A program made the translations under genes and the position numbers. DNA of 64,000 nucleotides, from positions 18,910,001 through 18,974,000 of the forward strand of contig NC_086108.1 of NCBI RefSeq assembly GCF_963921235.1, given 5' to 3'. Positions 1-11,505 of the stretch are shown piece by piece. Positions within the stretch are counted from its first letter, which is position 1, and every line of letters starts with the position of its first letter. The stretch comes from Mobula hypostoma (lineage: Eukaryota). Under the pieces are notes generated by a model. The model ran no database searches, had not been told where the DNA came from, and was given only the letters and a program-made list of their open reading frames with translations.

Positions 1-3000
1 AGGAGGGAAGAGAGGACAGCGGTAGTGATAGAGGATTCTATAGTCAGGGGGGTAGATAGGAGATTTTGTGGGGGAGATCTGGAGTCTCGGATGGTATGTT
101 GCCTCCCTGGTGCCGGGGTCCGGGACATCTCAGATCGGTTGCAGGTTATTCTCGAGAGGGAGGACAAGAATCCAGATGTTGTAGTCCATGTAGGGACCAA
201 CGACATGGGTAGGAAGAGTGAGGGGGTCCTGCGTAGTGAGTTCAGGGAGTTAGGCGCGAAGCTGAAGGGCAGGACCTCCAGGGTAACAATCTCAGGATTG
301 CTACCTGTGCCATGTGCGAGTGAGGTGAGGAACAGAAGGATTATACAGATCAATACATGGCTGAGAGGATGGTGCAGGAGGGAGGGCTTCAGGTTTTTAG
401 ATAATTGGGGTTTGTTCCAGGGAAGGAGAGATCTGTTCCGACGGGACGGTTTACACCTGAACTGGAGGGGTACTAACATTCTTGCAGGAAAGTTTGCTAA
501 TACTGCTTGAGGGGGTTTAAACTAAATTTTCAGGGGGCAGGGATCCAGAATGTGAGAGAGGATAGCGAGATGAAGTATAAAGGACAGGTGGGGACTACGC
601 GGTTCCGGAATATTAAGTGTGAAGTAGAGAAAGGTGAGGCGGAACGAGTGATAAGGAGGATACATGTGCAGAGGGATGGTCTGACGGAGCATGGAGTTAA
701 ATGTGCAGAAAGAGTAAGTAAATTTAAGAAGGACAACAAAATTCAAGGGGCGTATAGCCCGGTGACAGTTCGGAGAGCTGGGTTATGCACAATAGGCAGC
801 AATTTAAACAGAGAGAGGAGAAATGGGTTAAAAATTCTGTATCTTAATTTACGAAGTGTCAGAAATAAGGCGGATGAGCTTGAAGCTCAGGTGCGAATGG
901 GTAACTATGATGTTGTTGGGATAACGGAGACATGGCTGCAGGGGGATCAGACCTGGGAATTGAATGCACAAGGGTATACGTGCTATCGAAGGGACAGAAA
1001 GGTGGGCAGAGGGGTTGGGGTGGCCCTGTTGGTGAGGAGTAAGATTCAGTCCCTTGCAAGGGGGGACATAGAATCAGGAGAAGTAGAGTCAGTGTGGATA
1101 AAACTGAGGAACGGTAAGGGTAAAAAGACCCTAATAGGTGTTATCTACAGGCCCCCAAACAGTAGCATGGATATTGGGTGCAAGTTGAATAGGGAGTTAA
1201 CAATGGCATGTGGCAAAGGAAATTCACAGTAGTTATGGGGGATTTCAACATGCAGGTGAACTGGGAAAATCAGGTTGGTACTGGACCCCAGGATAGGGAG
1301 TTTGTAGAGTGCCTACGGGATGCATTTTTGCAGCAGCTTGTACGAGTGCCGACCAGGGATAAGGCTATTCTGGATTTAGTGTTGTGCAATGAACAGGATT
1401 TGATAAGTGATCTTGAAGTAAAGGAGCCATTAGGAAGTAGTGACCATAATATGATAAGTTTTTATCTGCAAGTTGAGAGGGATAAGGGCAGATCAGAAGT
1501 GTCAGTATTGCAGTTGAACAAAGGAGACTATGGAGCCATGAGGGAGGAGCTGGCCAAAGTTGACTGGTCGGATATCCTAGCACAAAAGACAGTGGAACAG
1601 CAATGGCAGGTATTCTTGGGAATAATGCACAAGGTGCAAAATCAGTTCATCCCCCGGAGAAGGAAGGATTCAAAGGGGGGAAAGTGGCCACAGTGGTTGA
1701 CAAAGAAAGTCAGAGATAGCATAGCATTAAAAAAGAAGTATAACAGAGCTAAGATGAGTGGGAAGACGGATGATTGGGAAATTTTTAAGGAGCAACAGAA
1801 CTTAACTAAAAAGGCAATACGGGGAGAGAAAATGAGGTATGAACGCAAGCTAGCTAGGAATATAAAGGAGGATAGCAAAAGTTTTTTTTAGGTATGTGAA
1901 GAGAAGGAAGATAGTTAAGAACAATGTTGGGCCCTCGAAGAATGAATTGGGAGAAATTGTTATGGGAAACAGAGAAATGGCAGACGAATTTAATAAGTAC
2001 TTTGGATCTGTCTTCACTAGGGAAGACACAAGCAATCTCCCAGATGTATGGATGGGCCAAGGACATAGGGTAACAGAGGAACTGAAACAGGTTGACATTA
2101 GGAAGGAAACGGTGATGAGTAGACTGATGGGACTGAAGGCTAACAAATCCCCAGGTCCAGATGGTCTGCATCCTAGGGTACTAAAGGAGATGACTCTGGA
2201 AATTGCGGATGCATTGGTGATCATTTTCCAATGTTCCTTAGATTCAGGATCAGTTCATGAGGATTGGCGAATGGCTAATGTTAACCCACTTTTTAAGAAA
2301 GGAGGGAGGGAGAAAACAGAGAACTATCGCCCTGTTAGCCTAACATCAGTAGTGGGGAAGATGCTAGAGTCCATTATTAAAGATGAAATAGCAGCATATC
2401 TTAATAGCAGTGATAGGATTGGGCCAAGCCAGCATGGATTTACCAAGAGCAAATCATGCTTGACTAATCTATTGGAGTTTTTCGAGGACGTAACCAGGAA
2501 GATAGACGCGGGAGATTTAGTGGATGCGGTGTACCTTGACTTTCAGAAGGCATTTGATAAGGTACCACATAGGAGATTGGTGGGTAAAATCAGAGCTCAT
2601 GGCATTGGGGGGAGGATATTGACATGGATAGAAAACTGGTTGGCAGATAGAAAGCAAAGGGTAGCAGTGAATGGGTGTTTCTCGGAACGGCAGGTGGTGA
2701 CTAGTGGGGTGCCACAGGGCTTGGTATTGGGACCACAGATGTTTACAATTTATGTCAATGATTTAGAGGAAGGCATTGTGAATAACATCAGCAAGTTTGC
2801 TGATGATACTAAGCTGGGTGGCAGTGTGACGTGATGAGGATGTTAGGCGAATTCAAGGTGACTTGGATAGGCTGGGTGAGTGGGCAGAAACTTGGCAGAT
2901 GGCGGTTAATGGGAATAAGTGTGAGGTTATTCACTTTGGGAGCAAGAACAGGAAGGCAGATTATTATCTGAACGGTGTGGAGTTAGGTAAGGGTGAAATA

Positions 3001-3720
3001 CAAAGAGATCTAGAAGTACTTGTTCATCAGTCTCTGAAGGTGAATGAGCAAGTGCAGCAGGCAGTGAAGAAGGCTAATGGAATGTTGGCCTTTATTACAA
3101 AGGGAATTGAGTACAACAGCAAGGAAATCCTTTTGCATTTGTACAGGGCCCTGGTGAGACCACACCTGGAGTATTGTGTGCAGTTTTGGTCTCTAGGGTT
3201 AAGGAAGGACATCCTGGCTGTGGAGGAGGTTCAGCGTAGTTTCTCTAGGTTAACTCCTGGGATGTCTGGACTGTCTTACGCAGAGAGGTTACAGAGACTG
3301 GGCTTGTACAAGCTGGAATTAAGGAGATTGAGGGGGGATCTGATTGAGACATATAAGATTATTAAGGGATTGGACAAGATAGAGGCAGAAAATATGTTCC
3401 AGATGCTGGGAGAGTCCAGTACCAGAGGGCATGCTTTAAGAATAAGAGGTAGGTCATTCAGGACAGAGTTGAGGAGGAACTTCTTCTCCCAGAGAGTTGT
3501 GGAGGTGTGGAACACGCTGCCTCAGAAGGCAGTGGAGGCCAATTCTCTGGATGCTTTCAAGCAAGGAGCTAGATAGGTATCTTATGGATAGGGGAATCAA
3601 GGGTTATGGGGACAAGGCAGGAACCGGGTATTGATAGTAGATGATCAGCCATGATCTCAGAATGGCGGTGCAGGCTCGAAGGGCCGAATGGTCTACTTCT
3701 GCACCTATTGTCTATTGTCT
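1..3720 (+). mobile_element. CR1-clade LINE (copy A), near full length and frameshifted: ORF1 C-terminus plus ORF2 (APE endonuclease and RT)
   Basis: 25-510 SGNH-esterase-like ORF1 (DSIVRG, CLPGA, VHVGTND, DGLHLN). APE motifs GITETWL, YRPP, MGDFN, SDHN. RT motifs PGPDG, QHGF, YLDFQKAFDKV, GVPQG, KFADD. C-terminal VRPHLEYC. 3' tail (ctattgt)n ends at ~3720. Frameshifts at ~1222, ~1889 and ~2832. Confidence 0.95.
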
Positions 3721-4189
3721 TATAAAAGAGTTTAAAATTAAGAGAGGCATGCATAAGGTGTCTCAGGGCAGGGAAGTTAAAAACTACAAGACATTGGTTT
3801 TGGATGAGAAGGAAAAGGTTTAAAAGGAGCCATAGGGTCAACTTTTCACAGAGAGAATGGTGAGTTTATGAGAACTGCCAGAGGAAGTGAAGGTATAATA
3901 GTATAAATGAAGAAGCGCTTGGATATGTACACGGAGGAGTGGAGCTTGGAGGGATATGGGCCAAATGCAGGGAAGTGGGACTAGCTGGGGGGAGGGTCAC
4001 TGTGGTTGGCATTGACTGGTTACTCCAAAGAGCCTGTAACTGTGCTAAATTGCTTAATAATCATGACCAAGGTGGGTGCCTACTGCCTTACAGAAAGGTG
4101 GTTTGCACAATTCATACCCCAAGAACAAAATCCATCTTATTGATTCGATCTACGTGGATACAATCATTAATATTTTTGCTCACTTTGAT

Positions 4190-6415
4190 AAGGACAATAA
4201 GGAACTAGTGACGAGGCTCTTACACTGGACAGAGGAACTACACCAACACTGAACATATATGAGGTGAGGTGTGTACTCCGTAATGTCAACACATACAGAG
4301 CAGCAGGACCAGACGGCGTACCTAGACGGGACTGCACTGACCATCTGGAGGAAGTTCTGACGGATATTTGCAACCATCATACCAATCCCCAAGATGTCAG
4401 CAGCAACATTTCTTAATGGCTACAGATCGGCGGCCCTCACTCCCATATAGTTGCCAAGTGCTTGGAAAGATTGGTCATGTCCCACATCAAGGGCGTAATC
4501 CCAGCTATCTTGGACCAGCACCAGTTTGCCTACAGGTTGAATAGATCAACTAAAGATGCTATTTCTATCGCCCTTCATACTGTCTTGTATCACCTGGAGC
4601 ACAAGAACACTTATGTTTGGATTCTCTTACGGCGGGAGGAGAGAGAGCACGCGCCACATGTGCGCAGCCCTCCGGTGGAAAATGATATCGTATCCGTTAA
4701 GTAGGGGCCGTGGACAATTCTGATTTGATGGAGACGGACAGGAAATCACAGAGGAACATCTGGAGAAATTTCTGAAACGCTCGTTCGCTGCTGTCATTAC
4801 TGCGCGGTCGGGAATCTTCCAGAAGGAAGGCCTCAAAATCCCTGGCTTTGCCTGCTGTTGGCGACCGAGATTGAGGTCAAATCGTTCGGACAGAGATGGC
4901 GCTCAGTACTCGGTGTCGGAGAGCTGATCAGAACTCCAAGTTTTCCGATGACTCAGAGACGGATTGTGGTTGGGCGTGGCAGGGAGAGTTTTTCTTCCTT
5001 CTCCCGACTGCGTGAGATGTGGGCATTTGAGAGACTTTGAACTTTTTACCGTGCTCATGGACTTCTTCATCAAGTTATGGTATTGTTGCACTGTTGTAAC
5101 TATATGTTATAATTATGTGGTTTTGTTAGTTTTTTCAGTCTTGGTCTGTCCTGTATTTTGTGATATCACACTGGAGGAAATACTGTATCATTTCTTAATG
5201 CATGCATTACTAAATGACAATAAAAGAGGACTGCGTGTCTTCATAATCTAAATCTTTTCTTTGATTACAACTCAGCCTTTAACAGCATACTAATGAACAA
5301 GCTGACTGTAGAGCACCACTATCTACATCTCCACACATAAACCCTGTAATTGGATCTTGGTCTTCCTCACTAATTGTACCCAGATGGTGAAACTAGGCAA
5401 GCACACATCGACCCCCCCTTAACCCCAAACACAGGTGCCCCGCAGGGGTGTGTGCTGAGCCCACTTCTCTACTCTCTTCATCTATGACTGCATTCCTGTT
5501 CATGCAGCAAACTCAATCATCAACTTTGCAGATGACACAACAGTGTTTGCCTAATCACAAACAATAATGAATCTGCGTATAGAGAGGGGGGTGCTGAAAC
5601 TGTCCGATTGGTGCAGGAACCACAACCACTCAGTGGCTGAGTGAAATGGCCACTCAGCATCAAGAAGACAAAAAAAATGATAACTGATTTCAGGAAGGCA
5701 AGAGGTCCTGAACAAGCTCACTATTCATAAATGGTGAGGTAGTAGAAAGGGTCTCCACTTTCAAGTCTTTGGGGATGAACATCACCGAAAAACTCTCTTG
5801 GCTTATCGACACAACCTCAATAGTAGAGAAGACACAGCAGCAACTGTACTACCTGAGGTGCTTAAGGAGAGCTAATCTGCCCCCAGAATTGCTGGCTAAC
5901 TTTTATCAATGTGGGATAGAGAGCATACTGACATATGGAATGACAGTGTGGTACTCTAGCTGCAGCAAAACAGATCACAAAGCACTCCAACGACAGCTGG
6001 AGTAGGACAGCTCAGCACATCACTGGGCCTCAACTACTGGACCTGGAGACAATCTGCAACTCTTGATGCCTATGGCACATTCATAGAATCATTAAAGACC
6101 CATCCCATCCCAGACACTGTTTGTTCAATCTCCTGCCATCTGGTAGGAGATACAGAAGCATCTTAGCCAGGACAGTAAGGCTGAAAAACAGTTTCTTCCT
6201 GAGGGCTGTTGTGAAGCTGAATAATGCTATACCCCAGCTTGCCAATGTTCTTTGAATGTTATGGACTATCAAAGTCACTTGTTGCATGTAAATATAGTAT
6301 TTTTAAAAATTAACCTGTAGCGCATACATTGTAAATATCTGTTTTGCATGGACTGGAGTAGTACAGTAATCTTGTTGTCTTGAGCCATGACAATAAAGTT
6401 CTATTCTATTCCATC
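4190..6415 (+). mobile_element. Degenerate Rex1/Babar-like non-LTR retrotransposon (RT and 3' end), interrupted by a SINE-like insert
   Basis: Fragments read KCLERLVMSHIK...[59 protein letters not shown]. Ends with aataaa and a (ttcta)n tail. Confidence 0.8.
4630..5255 (+). mobile_element. Non-autonomous SINE-like element (~625 bp) inserted in the Rex-like RT
   Basis: Splits the RT between YVWIL and FFDYNSAFN. CpG-rich head; 3' aataaa, then hairpin gaggac..gtcttc and an aatct tail. Related copy at ~29600-30285. Confidence 0.7.
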
Positions 6416-6948
6416 CTAATATCAAACAGAAGAGACAGGCAGTACTTGGAACAGGCAGTGAACAAGGTTGCCTGGATCCCACAGGTTGAAGATTAACCAC
6501 CAGGAAGGTATGAGAAGTCATAAAATCATTAAAAGCACTGCTTTCTTTCTCCTTTCATTATTGTAGGCAGATTATTACTTCTAAAAATGAAGATGTGATA
6601 AAAAGGTTTTTTAGACTAACATTCAAGAATAATTCAATTGGCTTTTAACTTTAAAAAGTGGTCTTATAGAAGGAAATGAATCTGTCATGATGAAATGGTG
6701 GAGCAAAATGGATGACGGGCCGACTGGCCTATTTCTGCTCCTACATCTTATGGTCTAACTACAGATGCTAGAATCTGGAGTAACAAGGTATCTGCTGAAG
6801 GAATTCAACAGCTCAATCAGCATCTGTTGGGCAAGGGGAAAGAGCTGTCAACATTTCAAATGTCTACATCAGTCCTGAAACTTTGACAATTCCTTCCCCC
6901 AACCAATGGTCAACCTGACATCCTAAAGCAGATTGGTTTGTTGTTCCA

Positions 6949-7188
6949 CAAACACAAGAAAATCTGCAGATGCTGGAACTCCAAGCACCACATAACATCC
7001 TGGGGGAACTCAGCAGGCCAGGCAACATCTATGGAAAAGAGTACACAGTGATGTTTTGGGCTGAGACCCTTCATCAGGACTGTCCTGATGAGTCCTGATG
7101 AAGGGTTGCAGCTGAAACATCAACCGTGAACTCTTTTCCATCGATGCTGCCTGACCTGCTGAGTTCCTCCAGCATTTTGTGTGTGTGC
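6949..7188. mobile_element. Palindromic (fold-back) Penelope-derived mini-element with degenerate hammerhead motifs
   Basis: Two inverted copies of the Penelope terminal sequence joined at tcatcaggac-t-gtcctgatga (7071-7091). Probable TSD ttgttgtt(c/t)ca at 6938-6948 and 7189-7199. Confidence 0.75.
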
Positions 7189-7379
7189 TTGTTGTTTCAA
7201 TTGGCTGACGAAGGTAGGGCCTCACAATGATGGACATGCGGGTGACAAATATGCATGTGATGGGGCAGGACAATCTATTTTAGGAGTGAAACCCCCAGGC
7301 AAACTTCCAAATAAAATCAGTTAGCTTAAGTGGAGACACAAAGACTGAAATTGCTGGAATCTGGAGGAACAAGTAATCT

Positions 7380-9795
7380 TAAACACGAGGAATTCTGCAG
7401 ATGCTGGAAATTCAAGCAACACACATCAAAGTTGCTGGTGAACGCAGCAGGCCAGGCAGCATCTCTAGGAAGAGGTACAGTTGATGTTTCGGGCTGAGAT
7501 CCTTCATCAGGACTAACTGAAAGAAGAGCTAATACGAGATTTGAAAGTGGGAGGGGGAGGGGGAGATCCAAAATGACAGAAGAAGACAGGAGGGGGAGGG
7601 ATGGAGCCAAGAGCTGCACAGGTGATTGGCAAAAGGGCTATGAGAGGATCATGGGACAGGAGGCCCAGGGAGAAGGAAAAGGGGAAGGGGGGAAAAACCC
7701 AGAGGATGGGCAAGGGGTATAGTCAGAAGGACAGAGGGAGAAAAAGGAGAGAGAGAGAAAGAATGTGTATATATAAATAAATAACGGATGGAGTACGAGG
7801 GGGAGGTGGGGCATTAGCAGAAGTTAGAGAAGTCAATGTTCATGCCATCAGGTTGGAGGCTACCCAGATGGAATATAAGGTGTTGTTCCTCCAACCTGAG
7901 TGTGGCTTCATCTTTACAGTAGAGGAGGCCGTGGATAGACATATCAGAATGGGAATGGGATGTGGAATTAAAATGTGTGGCCACTGGGAGATCCTGTTTT
8001 CTCGGGTGGACAGAGCCTAGGTGTTCAGCAAAACAATCTCCCAGTCTGCTTCGGGTCTCGCCAACATATAAAAGGCCACATCAGGAGCACCGGACGCAGT
8101 ATATCACCCCAGCCGACTCACAGATGAAGTGTTGCCTCACCTGGAAGGACTGTCTGGGGCCCTGAATGGTGGCAAGGGAAGAAGTGTAAGGGCATGTGTA
8201 GCATTTGTTCTGCTTACAAGGATAAGTGCCAGGAGGGAGATCAGTGGGGGGGGGGATGGGGGGGACGAATGGACAAGGGAGTCGCGTAGGGAGCGATCCC
8301 TGCGGAAAGCAGGGGGGGAGGGAAAGATGTGCTTAGTGGTGGGATCCTGTTGGAGGTAGTGGAAGTTACAGAGAAAAAGTTACAGAGGCTGGTGGGGTGG
8401 TAGGTGAGGACCAGGGGAACCCTATTCCTAGTGGGGTGACGGGAGAATGGAGTGAGAGTAGATGTGCGTGAAATGGGGGAGATGCATTTGAGAGCAGAGT
8501 TGATGGTGGAGGAAGGGAAGCCCCTTTCTTTAAAAAAGTAGGACATCTCCCTCATCCTGGAATGAAAAGCCTCATCCTGAGAGCAGATGCGGTGGAGATG
8601 GAGTAATTGCGAGAAGGGGATGGCATTTTTGCAAGAGACAGGGTGAGAAGAGGAACAGTCCAGATAGCTACCCCACCTCCAACGGGATCCCACCAATAAG
8701 CACATCTTTCCCTTCCCCCTTCTCTCTGCTTTCCACAGAGATTGCTCCCTACTCGACTCCCTTGTCCATTCGTCCCCCCCACCCCTCCCCACTGATCTCC
8801 CTCCTGGCACTTATCCTTGTAAGCAGAACAAGTGCTACACATGCCCCTACACTTACTCCCTTACCACCATTCAGGGCCCCAGACAGTCCTTCCAGGTGAG
8901 GCGACACTCCACCTGTGAGTCGGCTGGGGTGATAAATAACGGTTGGGGTACGAGGGGGAGGTGGGGCATTAGCGGAAGTTAGAGAAGTCAATGTTCATGC
9001 CATCAGGTTGGAGGCTACCCAGATGGAATATAAGGCGTTGTTCCTCCAACCTGAGTGTGGCTTCATCTTTACGGTAGAAGAGGCCGTGGATAGACATGTC
9101 AGAATGGGAATGGTGCTCCGGTGCTCCCGATGTAGCCTTCTATATATTGGCGAGACCCAAAGCAGACTGGGAGATTGTTTTGCTGAACACCTACACTCTG
9201 TCTGCCAAAGAAAGCAGGATCTGCCAGTGGCCACACATTTTAATTCCACATCCCATTTCCATTCTGACATGTCTATCCACGGCCTTCTCTACCATAAAGA
9301 TGAAGCCACAGTCAGGTTGGAGGAACAACACCTTATATTCCATCTGGGTAGCCTCCAACCTGATGGCATGAACATTGACTTCTCTAACTTCCACTAATTC
9401 CCCACCTCCCCCTCGTACCCCATCCGTTATTTATTTATTTATATATACACATTCTTTTTCTCTCTCTCCCTTTTCTCCCTCTGTCCCTTTCACTATACCC
9501 CTTGCCCATCCTCTGGGTTTCCCCCCCCTTTTCTTTCTCCCTAGGCATCCTGTCCCATGATCCTCTCATATCCCTTTTGCCAATCAACTGTCCAGCTCTT
9601 GGCTCCGTCCCTCCCCCTCCTGTCTTCTCCTGTCATTCTGGATCTCCCCCTCCCCCTCCCACTTTCAAATCTCTTATTAGCTCTTCTTTCAGTTAGTCCT
9701 GATGAAGGGTCTCAGCCCGAAACGTCGACTGTACCTCTTCCTAGAGATGCTGCCTGGCCTGCTGTGTTCACCAGCAACTTTGATGTGTGTTGGTT
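7380..9795. mobile_element. Penelope-like element (RT C-terminus and GIY-YIG endonuclease) arranged as a ~2.4-kb inverted duplication
   Basis: Minus arm: YLD.SSSHPVSCKNAIPFSQ...RICS (PLE RT thumb region). Plus arm: C..C.LLYIGET..RL..CFAEH...PVATHFN...LEEQHLIF.LGSLQPDGMN (GIY-YIG). Arms ~7420-7950 and ~9260-9795 are near-identical inverted copies. TSD gaacaa(g/a)taatct at 7367-7379 and 9796-9808. Confidence 0.88.
9694..9731 (+). ncRNA. Minimal type I hammerhead ribozyme (intact core) in the Penelope-like terminal repeat
   Basis: tagtc [stem I] ctgatga [core] a gggt-ctca-gccc [stem II] gaaa cg tc^ gactg [stem I']. Stem III is reduced to the palindrome ACGU. Predicted cleavage after 9726. Confidence 0.8.
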
Positions 9796-10339
9796 GAACA
9801 AATAATCTGCTGGAAGAACTCAGCAATACTGTGATAGAACAACCAACTAGCAAGTTGTACAGAAAGTGATATAACTAACAATCTGGGATCACAGTGCTGA
9901 CCTTCCACACAACACCTCAATGAGGCACTGGGTTTTATTTCTTGAAGACCTTGGAGTCAACCAAGTACTCCAAGAGTCTACAGTCAGAAATTCTTCACCT
10001 TTTTTATTAACTGCAATAACAAGATAAAGTTCCTGGCCTTCTGAAGCACCTTCAATTACTCCAAAAGACTGAGGTTTGGTAAAATACTGAAAGGCTTTTA
10101 TTCGCTGTACAATACGACCTCCACAGTGAGTGTCTGCCCCCGGACTGAGGGGGAGGGGCAAGGCGAACACCTTTATACAGGACTCTGTGGGAGGAGCCAC
10201 AGGGGCAGTCAGCAGAGGGGTGTGTCCAGACAGGTAACCGAGTTACAACATATATACATGGCTTACCACATTCACCCCTCCTTTTTTTAAAAAGAGTCCC
10301 ACGGGGTGAAGTGACTGACAATATTTACAAGAAGTATAT

Positions 10340-11505
10340 TTACAGGTTAAGTCTATCAGGCGGTCGAGTCCGTCGCTGTGATCTACGTAGCACCGGCGAT
10401 GGCAGTTGTGCTGCCTCTGGCCTGACTTCAGGTGCCAGCACGTTAGGCGTCGGTAATCCCTTGTGCGTGTGCGTCGCGCCCGGTATGGGAGTGTCGTGTG
10501 GTGTCTGTATAGGGTTTGGGGTGCACGGTGTCTCGTAGGTACATACATTGGTGGGTACGGGGTCAATAGTCACCACGGAGTGTTCAGGGTAGGGGCCCGG
10601 AGCTCCTGCGGGCGCCAGGTCGCAGATGGAGACCGTGCCCTCCCGCCCATCAGGTAAAACCACGTAGGCATACTGGGGGTTCGCATGAAGTAAGTGAACC
10701 CTCACAACTATCGGGGAGTATTTATTGCTCCTCGCATGTTTCCGGAGCAACACTGGCCCCGGGGACGTCAGCCAAGATGGTAGGGTGGTTCCAGTGGTCC
10801 ATTTTCTGGGAAAAGAAAAGAGCCGCTCATGAGGGGTGGCATTGGTGGCTGTGCATAACAGGGAGCGGATGGAGTAGAGTGCCTCGGGAAGGACCTCCTG
10901 CCAGCGGGAGACCGGCAGTCCCTTTGACCTGAGGGCTAAGAGTGTGGCTTTCCACACTATGCCATTCTCCTTCTCTACCTGTCCATTCCCCCGGGGATTA
11001 TAGCTCGTGGTCCTACTGGTTGCAATTCTCCTAGCCAGTAGATATTGGCGCAGCTCGTCACTCATAAACGAGGACCCTCTGTCACTGTGGATATAGCATG
11101 GGTATCCGAACAGAATGAAGAGCTTGCGCAGGGCTTTTATAACTGATGTGGTAGTGGTGTCGGGGCAGGGGATGGCGAAGGGGAACCGCGAGTACTCGTC
11201 AATTACGTTAAGAAAGTACACATTGCGGTCGGTGGAGGGAAGGGGGCCCTTAAAGTCAACACTCAGTCGCTCAAAGGGGCGGGTGGCCTTGATGAGTGGT
11301 GCCTTTTCGGGTCGGTAGAAGTGCGGTTTGCACTCTGCGCAGACTTGGCAGTCCCTGGTCATCATCCTGATCTCCTCAAGGGAGTAAGGCAGGTTCCGGG
11401 CTTTCACAAAGTGGAAAAGCCGGGTGACTCCCGGGTGGCAAAGGTCTACATGTAGGGCGTATAGCCGGTCGATCTGCGCGCTGGCGCATGTTCCCCGGGA
11501 TAGGG
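10340..11505 (-). pseudogene. Gypsy pol fragment: integrase
   Basis: HHCC zinc finger (H..LCHPG...CQVC), DDE core (SVDFKGPLP, IDEYSRF, HSDRGSSF, GNGQVE), Pro-rich C-terminus ending LRRSQR..RPPDRL. Confidence 0.9.

Noticed and set aside
1882..1892. HIV-like -1 slippery site (UUUUUUA)
   Set aside because: The downstream RT frame needs a +1 shift, not -1.
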